Shown here piece after piece: positions 35,156 through 44,245 of a stretch of 64,000 nucleotides of DNA (the stretch's first letter is position 1; each line of letters opens with the position of its first letter). The stretch is taken from NCBI GenBank assembly GCA_031264075.1, contig JAISEO010000060.1:6354-70353 (forward strand). The letters are read 5' to 3'. This DNA comes from Coriobacteriales bacterium (GTDB lineage: Bacteria > Actinomycetota > Coriobacteriia > Coriobacteriales > UBA8131). Under the pieces are notes generated by a model. It saw only the letters and a list, made by a program, of their open reading frames with translations. It ran no database searches and was not told where the DNA came from. The position numbers and the translations under genes are program-made.

Positions 35156-38100
35156 ATGTACCTCAAATCACTCGTCATAAAGGGTTTCAAGTCCTTCGCG
35201 GATCGCACGGCGGTCAACTTTGAGCCGGGCATTTCTGTGATAGTCGGGCCCAACGGATCCGGCAAATCGAATATCTCCGAGGCGGTTCTGTGGGTGCTCG
35301 GCGAGCGGAACCCCCGCAACCTGCGTGTGCAGTCCCTGGAGGAGCTTATCTTCTCCGGTTCGAGCGCTCGTGAGGCCGTCGGCGTCGCCGAGGTTGACCT
35401 GGTTTTGGACAATTCGGACAACACCCTGCCCATTGAGTTTGATCAGGTCTCTATCTCGCGTCGCATGTACCGCAGCGGCGAGAGCGAGTACTTCATCAAT
35501 AAGACGCCCTGCCGCCGTCGCGACATCATCGACATACTCTACGACTCCGGCATCGGCGGCACGGTCAACTCCATCATCAGCCAGGGCAACCTCACCGCCA
35601 TCCTGGAGTCACGCCCCGAGGATCGCCACGCGCTCTTGGAGGACGCCGCCGGCATCCTCAAACATAAGAAGCGCAAGGAGGCCGCCGGGCGCAAGCTCGA
35701 CCGCATGGACGCTACGCTGGAACGCGTCGGCGACATCATCCGCGTCATAGAACAGCAGCTTCGTCCTTTGGAGCGTCAGGCAAAGCGGGCCGAGAAGTAT
35801 GCCGAGGTCAAGCGTGAGCTGCGGGACATCGACCTGGCACTCGCGGTTGACGAACTACGCAGCCTTCAGGCAGAGTGGAACAGGCTCTCAGGGGGTATAC
35901 GGGAGATTGACGCAGAGGCCGAACTCGCGAACTTTCGCCTGTCGGAGCGCGAGGCCGAGCTGGCAAAGCGCCAACACGCCCTGGAAGAGAAGGGGCTGTT
36001 CGTCGGCGACATCAATGAGCAGCGTATCCGCGTGCTCTCCATCATCCAGCGGCTTGACGCCACGATGCTGCTCCTGGAGGAAAAAGGCAGGAATATGGTG
36101 GCGCGCATCAGCGATCTGCGCTCGACCATCTATAACTCCGAGGCACGGCTCGGCGAGGCTGAGACCGAGCTCAAGCAGCTGGCCCTGGACTTCTCGGCGG
36201 GCGAGGGACGCCTGGCAGCGCTCTACACCAGCTTCAACGATCTCACGCGCGAGTCCGAAGGCATCACCAAAAACCGCCGTGAGGTAGAGACAGGTTATGA
36301 GCGCGTCCATGCCAAGCTGCATTCGCAGGAGAGCGCCCTTGCGGCCACCAGGAGCAATCTGACCCGCACCACCGAATCGCTCTCCTCGCTTGACCTGGAG
36401 GAAGGACTGCTGAAGGAGCGGGCCGAGCAGGTGGCAGAGGAACTCGCCGCCTGCCAGGAGCTTAAGGTGGAACGTGAGGAGGCTGTCCGTGCGGCACAGC
36501 AGGAGCTGCAAAAGCTCGGACGTGAGGCAGGGCTCTCCCAAAACGAAATTGAAAAGCAGCTCCGCCTGCTTGACGAGCGCAAGACGCGCCTGGAGGCCAA
36601 AACTACCGAGCTCATCAATACCCGGGCCCGACTCAGCAGCCTCGAAGAGGTGGACCGTGCCATGGAGGCGGCTTCTCCGGCGCTCAACTGGGCAGTGGAG
36701 AACAAGGCGCGTCACCGGGGCATTGTCGGGCGACTCTCGGATTCTCTGCACGTGGAGCTTGGCCGGACACTGCCGTTTGGGATGAGAACCGAGGAGATGG
36801 AGGGCCTTGTCGAGCGCCTGCTCGGCTCGGACTTCTTTGCCCTGCTGGTTGCCGACAACGACGCCGGACGCGAGCTTGTCGTGCATCTGAGTGAGCTGGC
36901 ACGCTCTGAAAGCAAGGACGGACCGGCCAATTCCGCGCTGGCGATACTGCCTCTGGTGGGCATGAGCGCTCCCGTGCAGAAGTCTGAACGTGGCGAGCGT
37001 CTCATCGACTATCTGGCCTACCCGCCCCGCGAGTATGAGGCCATGGCCGCGTTACTCGGCGACGTCTACCTGGTAGCCAACGTGGACGAGGCCATCAAAA
37101 ATCATCTCACCGATCATACGGGTGCCCGCTTCATCACACCGGATGGGCAGATTGTCTGGCCCAACGGCAAACTGACGGTGGGCTTCATGTTGGGCGATGT
37201 GGACGGGGTTCTTGAGCGGCGCAGGGATATCGACCGGTTCACAGACGATGTTGAACTCAAGTCCGCCGAAGTGGCCGATGTTGAGCTGGAAGTCTCTGAG
37301 ACCGAGCAGAAGCTGGAAGAAGCCCAGGGCGCGAGCCTGGATATCGCGCAGCTTGAGGCCAAGGCCCAGGCCGGGCTGGAGAGCGCCGAGCAGGAACTGG
37401 AACGCTTGGAAAAGACCCTCCACCAGCTGGAGCTACGCGAGACAGAGGCCGCGCGCAAGCTACAGGATGTGGCCCGCAGAAGGGACGTAGCTGCTCCCCT
37501 GGCGGGAGAATACAGCGAACGCATTGCCGTGTTGGAAACAGACATCGAGAGGCTTACCGAAGAAGCGGAGCGGGCCTCAAAGCAGCTCCTGGCCGCCACA
37601 GAGGAGAAAAACGCCATCTCCGAACGCCTTACGGAGTGCAAGATAGACCTGGAAGCAAACAAGGGCACGCAGGCCCATTTGACGAGCCGCATGAAGGCCC
37701 TCGAAACCCTGATGGCGGGGCTCAGCACCACGGTGGAGGTCTCTGCACAAACGGCGGGTTCCCTTGATCTCATCCATCTCCGCATAGACCCGCTCTACAA
37801 GCTGTATCAGGAACTGCACGCCGGGGCCAGTAGCTGGGCCGAGCGCCTGCACGACCAGGCCCTGTTGGAGCAGACCGACTCCGCCAACCTCCGGGAGATA
37901 ATCAATGAGGCCACCGAGGCTGCCCAGGATGCCCGCGATGCCCTGGCAGAGATAAACGAACGTCGCACGGCGGTACTCGTTGAGCAGGGCAAGCTGGAGA
38001 GCAGCGTGCAACACGCCATGCAGCGTATCATCTCAGAACATGAGACCTCTCTGGAGGCAGCCCTGGAGTTGCCTTCTGTTGAAGACCGCGTGAGCGCCGA

Positions 38101-38905
38101 AGAGCGTGCCTGTCGTCTTCGCTCGCAGATAGCCAATCTCGGTGCCATCAATCAGGTGGCGATGGAGGAATATGCGGCGCTCAGGGGCCGCCGCGACTAT
38201 ATGAATGAACAGATTGCCGATCTGACCGAGGCGCGCAAATCGCTGGCCAAGATCTCTCAGGCGCTGGACAAAAAGATGCGCAATCAGTTCCTCGAGACCT
38301 TCAACAGGGTCAATATGAACTTCCAGGAGATCATCGGCATCCTCTTTCCGGGAGGCAGGGGTGAGCTTATCCTCACGCAGGGCGACGATCCCGACCAACA
38401 GGGTATCGAGGTCAGTGCCCAGCCCGAGGGCAAGAGAATACTCAAGCTCTCCATGATGAGCGGGGGAGAAAAGTCGCTCGTGGCGCTCACGCTGATGTTT
38501 GCGGTGTACAGTATCCGCAAGGTGCCCTTCTATGTGCTTGACGAGGTGGATGCTGCGCTTGACGACACCAACCTGCTCCGTCTGCTCGACTACCTCAACC
38601 ACCTTCGTACCGATACGCAGCTCATCATGGTGAGTCATCAACGCCGCACCATGGAAACCGCCGACATACTCTACGGTGTAACGATGCAGGCGGCTGGGGT
38701 CTCCAAGCTGGTGAGCCAGCGTTTGGATCAGGCCATGGGCTACGCCTCACAGGATGTTGCGGGCAATGAGTCGGGCGAGCAAGCTGCTGCTGAGCAAGCT
38801 GTTGAGGAGTCAGCTGCTGAGGAGCAGGACGCAAAGCCTGCCGCCGCCAGCTCAGATGCCAAAGACAGCGCCGCTTCACCCACCAAGGCAAAAAAGGGCA
38901 GATAG
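35156..38905 (+). CDS. smc: Chromosome segregation protein SMC
   Basis: 1249 aa. N-terminal MYLKSLVIKGFKSFADRT...GPNGSGKSN, long coiled coils, a hinge, and C-terminal LSGGEKSL..LTLMFA...PFYVLDEVDAALD. Confidence 0.95.
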   Translation: MYLKSLVIKGFKSFADRTAVNFEPGISVIVGPNGSGKSNISEAVLWVLGERNPRNLRVQSLEELIFSGSSAREAVGVAEVDLVLDNSDNTLPIEFDQVSISRRMYRSGESEYFINKTPCRRRDIIDILYDSGIGGTVNSIISQGNLTAILESRPEDRHALLEDAAGILKHKKRKEAAGRKLDRMDATLERVGDIIRVIEQQLRPLERQAKRAEKYAEVKRELRDIDLALAVDELRSLQAEWNRLSGGIREIDAEAELANFRLSEREAELAKRQHALEEKGLFVGDINEQRIRVLSIIQRLDATMLLLEEKGRNMVARISDLRSTIYNSEARLGEAETELKQLALDFSAGEGRLAALYTSFNDLTRESEGITKNRREVETGYERVHAKLHSQESALAATRSNLTRTTESLSSLDLEEGLLKERAEQVAEELAACQELKVEREEAVRAAQQELQKLGREAGLSQNEIEKQLRLLDERKTRLEAKTTELINTRARLSSLEEVDRAMEAASPALNWAVENKARHRGIVGRLSDSLHVELGRTLPFGMRTEEMEGLVERLLGSDFFALLVADNDAGRELVVHLSELARSESKDGPANSALAILPLVGMSAPVQKSERGERLIDYLAYPPREYEAMAALLGDVYLVANVDEAIKNHLTDHTGARFITPDGQIVWPNGKLTVGFMLGDVDGVLERRRDIDRFTDDVELKSAEVADVELEVSETEQKLEEAQGASLDIAQLEAKAQAGLESAEQELERLEKTLHQLELRETEAARKLQDVARRRDVAAPLAGEYSERIAVLETDIERLTEEAERASKQLLAATEEKNAISERLTECKIDLEANKGTQAHLTSRMKALETLMAGLSTTVEVSAQTAGSLDLIHLRIDPLYKLYQELHAGASSWAERLHDQALLEQTDSANLREIINEATEAAQDARDALAEINERRTAVLVEQGKLESSVQHAMQRIISEHETSLEAALELPSVEDRVSAEERACRLRSQIANLGAINQVAMEEYAALRGRRDYMNEQIADLTEARKSLAKISQALDKKMRNQFLETFNRVNMNFQEIIGILFPGGRGELILTQGDDPDQQGIEVSAQPEGKRILKLSMMSGGEKSLVALTLMFAVYSIRKVPFYVLDEVDAALDDTNLLRLLDYLNHLRTDTQLIMVSHQRRTMETADILYGVTMQAAGVSKLVSQRLDQAMGYASQDVAGNESGEQAAAEQAVEESAAEEQDAKPAAASSDAKDSAASPTKAKKGR

Positions 38906-38906
38906 G

Positions 38907-39830
38907 ATGTCCTGGTTTGAACGACTGAGCGAGGGGCTCTCGCGTACGCGTCAACAGATGAAGGAGAGCCTCAATCTTCTCCTCGATCGCTCCCCGGAGG
39001 TCGATGAAAGTTTCTGGGACAATCTGGAAGAAGCGCTGATAGTCTCGGACTTTGGCGCCCCTGCCACCGATACCATCCTCGCCGAGCTGCGTGACGAGTC
39101 CACGCGCAAAGCCCTGCCGGACGCCTCCTCCGTGCTGGCGCTGCTCACCGAGAAGATCGCGGCACGCTTTGCCACCGCAGAACAGGACCTCTTTGAGCTC
39201 TGTCCGGTCTGTGTGCTCTTTGTGGGCATCAACGGCTCCGGCAAGACAACGACCGTGGGCAAACTCGCCAAGGCGGGTGTCCAGCAGGGGAGGAAGGTGC
39301 TGGTGGGTTCGGCCGATACCTTCAGGGCTGCGGCCATTGAGCAGCTCGACATCTGGGCAGAGCGGGCCGGGGTGCCGGTCATCAAGCGCGAGCGCGGAGC
39401 CGACCCTGCCTCGGTGGCCTTTGAAGTCGTGGAGGCAGCCGAGCGTGACAACGCAGACCTGGTGCTCATCGATACGGCCGGGCGTCTGCACAGCTCGGAT
39501 GACCTGATGCGCGAGCTTGCCAAGGTGGTGAGTGTGACCCGCAAACGGGCCGCTGCCGTAAAGCTTAAGCCCCTTCCCGTTAAGGTGGTGCTGGTGCTGG
39601 ATGCCACCACCGGCCAGAATGGCCTGGCCCAGGCACGCGAGTTCAACGCACGGCTCGATCTGGACGGGATAATCCTCACCAAGCTGGATGGCACGGCCAA
39701 AGGCGGTATAGCCGTGGCCGTATCCGAGGAACTTGACCTCCCCCTGCTGAGAATCGGGGTAGGGGAGCAGATAGACGATCTGCGTGCCTTTGACGCGCAG
39801 GACTTCAGCCGGGCCCTTATCGGTGAGTGA
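38907..39830 (+). CDS. ftsY: Signal recognition particle receptor FtsY (NG domains only)
   Basis: Start at MSWFERLSEGLSRTR (ATG 38907, 1 nt after the smc TAG). Motifs GINGSGKTTT, DTAGRLH and TKLDGTAKGG. Confidence 0.9.
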   Translation: MSWFERLSEGLSRTRQQMKESLNLLLDRSPEVDESFWDNLEEALIVSDFGAPATDTILAELRDESTRKALPDASSVLALLTEKIAARFATAEQDLFELCPVCVLFVGINGSGKTTTVGKLAKAGVQQGRKVLVGSADTFRAAAIEQLDIWAERAGVPVIKRERGADPASVAFEVVEAAERDNADLVLIDTAGRLHSSDDLMRELAKVVSVTRKRAAAVKLKPLPVKVVLVLDATTGQNGLAQAREFNARLDLDGIILTKLDGTAKGGIAVAVSEELDLPLLRIGVGEQIDDLRAFDAQDFSRALIGE

Positions 39831-39838
39831 GGTAGCAG

Positions 39839-41329
39839 GTGTTTGAGAATCTCTCCAATCGTTTGCAGAATATCTTCAGCGGCATGCGTTCCAAGGGGCG
39901 TCTTACCGAGGCCGATGTCGATGCGGCCATGCGGGAGATTCGACTGGCGCTCCTTGAGGCTGATGTCAACTTCAAGGTGGTCAAGGAGTTTGTCGCCTCC
40001 TCCAAGGCCAAGGCGCTGGAAAGTGAGGTACTGGAGTCTCTCACGCCGGCGCACAATGTCATTGCCATCGTCCTGGACGAGCTTACGGCCCTATTGGGCA
40101 CCGAGGCGGTCAAGATTCAGTTCTCGCCTCGGATTCCCAATGCATGGATGCTCGTGGGACTCCAGGGTTCGGGTAAGACCACGGCAGCGGCCAAGCTGGC
40201 CTATCGCCTCAAGAAGCAGGGGCATAGTCCCCTCCTGGTAGCGGCGGATGTGTACCGTCCGGCCGCGGCCGAGCAGCTGGAGGCACTCGGACGGGAACTG
40301 GACATCCGGGTGTTCCGAGGCGATGGCAGGGATCCGGTGGGCATTGCCCGCGCGTCGCTCCAGGAGGCCGTTGACAAGCTGTGCGACCTCGTCATCATCG
40401 ACACCGCAGGACGCCTGCATGTGGATGAGGAGATGATGGCCGAGGCTGAGGCCATTCGTGACGCCGTGGAGCCGGAGAGCATCCTCATGGTGGTGGACGC
40501 CATGACCGGCCAGGACATCGTCGGGGTTGTGGAGGCCTTCGCACAGCGCGTGGACTTTGATGGGGTCATCATGTCCAAGCTCGACGGCGATGCCCGTGGC
40601 GGCGGTGCGCTTTCCATTCGCGCGGTCACCGGCAAGCCGATACTCTATACCTCCGAGGGTGAGAAGCCCTCCTCGCTTGCCGAGTTCTATCCCGACCGCA
40701 TGGCCAGGCGCATTCTCGGCATGGGCGACGTCGTCACCCTCATAGAAAAGGCGCAGGAAGAGGCCACGCTCGAGATAGAGGAGGCAGAGGCGGAGCGCCT
40801 GGCGAGGGCGGAACTCAACTTTGACGACTTCGTCACCATCAATACCCAGGTGCGCAAACTCGGGGGCGTGGGTTCGCTCCTCAAGGCCCTGCCGGGAGGA
40901 GAGAAGGCCCTCTCCGGTGGCCAGGTGGACGAAGGTGCCATGGACCGGATGATAGTCATTATCGACTCCATGACAGCGGAGGAACGCGCCAGGCCCTCCC
41001 TACTCAACGGTCCTCGGCGTGCCCGTATCGCCAAGGGTGCCGGCGTGGAGGTGTCTGCGGTCAATCAGCTCGTCAAACAGTATGAGTCCATGCGCAAGAT
41101 GCTCAAGCAGATGAACCTCGGCGCAGACCAGGTGGTTAAGAAGCAGCGTCCGCGCAAGGGCAAGAAGGGCAAGAAGCATAAGGGCAAGCAGCAGGCCCTG
41201 CCCAAGGCAAGGGGAGGGGGAGGCAAGGGCATGCCCGATCTCAGCTCACTCGGCCTCGGCGGCAAAGCTGGAGGCAAGGGCGGCCTCAATCTCTCTGGGC
41301 TCAAGAATCTCGAGGATATGTTCAAATAA
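39839..41329 (+). CDS. ffh: Signal recognition particle protein Ffh
   Basis: GTG start. MFENLSNRLQ..., GLQGSGKTTT, DTAGRLH, SKLDGDARGG, an M-domain, and a Lys/Gly-rich C-terminal tail. Confidence 0.95.
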   Translation: MFENLSNRLQNIFSGMRSKGRLTEADVDAAMREIRLALLEADVNFKVVKEFVASSKAKALESEVLESLTPAHNVIAIVLDELTALLGTEAVKIQFSPRIPNAWMLVGLQGSGKTTAAAKLAYRLKKQGHSPLLVAADVYRPAAAEQLEALGRELDIRVFRGDGRDPVGIARASLQEAVDKLCDLVIIDTAGRLHVDEEMMAEAEAIRDAVEPESILMVVDAMTGQDIVGVVEAFAQRVDFDGVIMSKLDGDARGGGALSIRAVTGKPILYTSEGEKPSSLAEFYPDRMARRILGMGDVVTLIEKAQEEATLEIEEAEAERLARAELNFDDFVTINTQVRKLGGVGSLLKALPGGEKALSGGQVDEGAMDRMIVIIDSMTAEERARPSLLNGPRRARIAKGAGVEVSAVNQLVKQYESMRKMLKQMNLGADQVVKKQRPRKGKKGKKHKGKQQALPKARGGGGKGMPDLSSLGLGGKAGGKGGLNLSGLKNLEDMFK

Positions 41330-41601
41330 CAGATGCCACGCACCCGCCTGGCCGCGCATTGGCCGATACCCAACACGCGGATTGGTCGAGAGTAGTACGC
41401 ACGGGAGCACCGGGAACTCCCCACACCCCGCCTCAGCTATCCTCTGCTAGAATAAGGGGTGGCAAGGTTCATTGAAGAAAAGAGAGACATACGCAACGGC
41501 TGCGGTGAGTCGTCGGCTAATCTCGGTGCGGATTGTGAAAGCAACTCCGGCACGGGGATCCATGCTGATTCTGTTGCCGGTTCTCTCTCTGTCGTATTGA
41601 T

Positions 41602-43260
41602 GTGGAGCATCAAGTGACGAAGGACCAAGATAACAGCAGACCGCGGAGTATTCCCAGTCCCCTCGGTTCGCTTGTCGCCTCGCTCCGATATCTCGGTCTG
41701 GGGGTTTGGCTGGCGTGGCTGTACCTCATCACGAGCGGCTCGTCGTGGTTGTCCAACACCGATACCGACAGTTCGGCCCTGGTTGGCCTCCTCCTGTACT
41801 TCATAGGAGCGTCAGCGATAATCTGCCTCCTGGCACCCTTCCTCCAGACCTTCTATCAGCGGCTTCTCGGGTCGCGGCCCGCCCTGCTCGTCATCGGGAT
41901 AATGGGAGCGCTTGGTTCTGTGGGTATCGTGATGGCCGGCCCGCACTACCTCCAGAATACCTACATCTTCGTAGTGGGGAGCGTGTTTGCCGGCATCAGC
42001 TCGGCCCTCCTGTCGCTCAGATGTGGACAGGTCTTTGGAGAACTGCGGCCGATACAGACCCTGGTCTTCTCCCTGTTCTCCGAGCTGCTCGTCGTTGCCC
42101 TGTTCTATTTCGTCGTCGGCAACAGCGACTTCTATCCTGTCCCCGATGGCCCGCCGATAAGCGGCATCCTGGCCATGGTCATCCTTCCTGTGCTGGCTGC
42201 CTGGCTGCTCACGCTCAGGGCTTCTGTGAAAGGGGCATCGGAGGCTGGGCAGTCAAATGGTTCCATCGGGGCAAACGGGGCAAACGGAGGCGAGGCCGCG
42301 GAGCTTGAGGCGGGGAGAACTCCTTACGAAGGCCAGGCCCACCCCATCAATACGGTTGTCAAATCGCTGCCGTCCATCTTCTGGAAGTTCCTCATCGTTA
42401 TCTTCGTGTTTGTCGTTGCCAGCCTCATCGCGCGGAGCTTCTTTGTGTCGATGCACATACCGGTAACGACTTCCCTCGACATGAAGACCGCGCTCAACCT
42501 GCGCATGGCCTTTGCCCTCATCATCCTGTTCTTTCTCGCGCGCTTCAACAGGCCGGCAAACTTTGGCAAGCTCTTCCTCTTTGCCATGGTGGCGGTTGCC
42601 ATCGTCTTGATGCTCATCCCGTTTCTGCCTCTCTATAATGTCGTGCTCAGCAGCATTATCGGTTTTGCCAACAGTATCCTCGAACTCATCGTCTGGTGCC
42701 TGCTGGCCACCATTGTGTATGAAAAGCGGGTCTCACCGCTGATTGTCTTTGGCTTCGGGCGCGGTGTGCTCCTGGTGAGCCAGGCCTTTGGCTGGTTTCT
42801 GGGCACGAGCCTGCTGCCGTCGCTCGTCGGGTCGAGCTGGGAGGGCTTCTGCTACCTTGCCCTGGCGTGTCTCATCCTGCTGGCGACGACCCTGCTCTTT
42901 TCAGAGAAGGAGTTCGGGCGCATGTTTGCCGCCATGTCCGGCTACGAGCCGGCAGATGCTGCAACCGCCTATCCGGCCCTTGTGGGCGAAAGCGATGAGC
43001 AGTCCGGCCAACAGGCAGATATGCCCCGCCGTCCCTGGCTCAAAGCCTGCGGACAGCTGGGAAAACAGGCAGGACTTACGGCTCGCGAGCAAGAGGTGTT
43101 CGAGATGATAGCCTTTGGGCGCTCGCCGGAAATCATCTCGCAGAGGCTGTTCATTTCGCTCAATACCGTGAGGACGCACATCCATAACATCTATGCCAAA
43201 CTGGACGTGCATTCCAAGCAGGAACTCATGGAGCGCATCGAGAGCGAACGACAGGCGTAA
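41602..43260 (+). CDS. Polytopic-membrane LuxR-family transcriptional regulator
   Basis: 552 aa with about 10-12 hydrophobic segments. C-terminal LuxR HTH: LTAREQEVFEMIAFGRSPEIISQRLFISLNTVRTHIHNIYAKLDVHSKQEL. GTG start. Confidence 0.8.
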   Translation: MEHQVTKDQDNSRPRSIPSPLGSLVASLRYLGLGVWLAWLYLITSGSSWLSNTDTDSSALVGLLLYFIGASAIICLLAPFLQTFYQRLLGSRPALLVIGIMGALGSVGIVMAGPHYLQNTYIFVVGSVFAGISSALLSLRCGQVFGELRPIQTLVFSLFSELLVVALFYFVVGNSDFYPVPDGPPISGILAMVILPVLAAWLLTLRASVKGASEAGQSNGSIGANGANGGEAAELEAGRTPYEGQAHPINTVVKSLPSIFWKFLIVIFVFVVASLIARSFFVSMHIPVTTSLDMKTALNLRMAFALIILFFLARFNRPANFGKLFLFAMVAVAIVLMLIPFLPLYNVVLSSIIGFANSILELIVWCLLATIVYEKRVSPLIVFGFGRGVLLVSQAFGWFLGTSLLPSLVGSSWEGFCYLALACLILLATTLLFSEKEFGRMFAAMSGYEPADAATAYPALVGESDEQSGQQADMPRRPWLKACGQLGKQAGLTAREQEVFEMIAFGRSPEIISQRLFISLNTVRTHIHNIYAKLDVHSKQELMERIESERQA

Positions 43261-43512
43261 AACCGATACAATAACGGCACGCGCAGGGCAGGGAGCGAGC
43301 AGGGCAGCTATCAGACCAGTATGCTGCACACATCCGAGCCTCTCAACAAAAATCAATTAGAACAAACTGCATGAGAAAACGGCATGGCAAACCATGAATC
43401 ATCAATCCTTGGGTATTGTCCTGCGCGGAGTTCAGCCATAGACTGCAAAAAGAGAGAAACATCACATCCAAATGTATAGTAGCACGATGAGCTGCGAGGA
43501 GGCTGCTGACCG

Positions 43513-44172
43513 ATGCCCACTACCGATTGTGCGTTTGAAGAACGCTTCTCCACGTCCTGCGATCTGTTGCGAGCTAACACGCTCAATCGCCCCATTCTCT
43601 ACAAGATACTCAAGGCCTGCGCTGTAGAGCGTATGCCCCTGTTTGAGTTGGAGCTCTTCATTGGTGAGCAGCCCGAGGCACAGAGCGCTACGCAGCCACC
43701 CTACTTTCTCATACAATGGCTCGTTGACGCCGGCTCACTCGATGTCTATGAGCTTGACGATGAGGGCGTTGACGTCACCGACGAACGCAAGGAGGGTCTC
43801 AGTGAGGATGAAATCGACGACCTCATTTTTGAGACCGCCTATCGCACCAACGAGGTGGGGCTGGCGGTCCTCGGAGAGTTCGACCCCACCGCACGTCTCA
43901 AAACCCTGTTCGAGACGGTGCCGGAGCGCTTGAGCACCTATGCCGAGCTCCTCAGCTTTCTCGAAGAACCGCGCGCCTACGTGGAAGTTGATGCCCTGTT
44001 GCGCGGACGCGACATATTGATGCTGGGACGCGACGAAGGCGATCGCCCCCTGCAACCGAGTGTATTCCTCGACAAGCTGGCCGCCGCTGGTGGCATAGTC
44101 TGGAGCGAAGGTTGGATAATCACAGACGAAGGGAAGGAGCTATTGGAGGCCATCAGAACAGAGGAGGAGTAA
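43513..44172 (+). CDS. Hypothetical acidic cytoplasmic protein, no family recognised
   Basis: 219-aa ORF between the LuxR regulator and the Mo-enzyme operon. Coding-like composition, no TM segments, no motif I can name. Confidence 0.45.
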   Translation: MPTTDCAFEERFSTSCDLLRANTLNRPILYKILKACAVERMPLFELELFIGEQPEAQSATQPPYFLIQWLVDAGSLDVYELDDEGVDVTDERKEGLSEDEIDDLIFETAYRTNEVGLAVLGEFDPTARLKTLFETVPERLSTYAELLSFLEEPRAYVEVDALLRGRDILMLGRDEGDRPLQPSVFLDKLAAAGGIVWSEGWIITDEGKELLEAIRTEEE

Positions 44173-44245
44173 GCAGGCACGTCGAGTCAAAGAGTCAATG
44201 AGTCACATAAGTCAACTGAGTCAAATGGGAAGGAAAGGAGTACGT

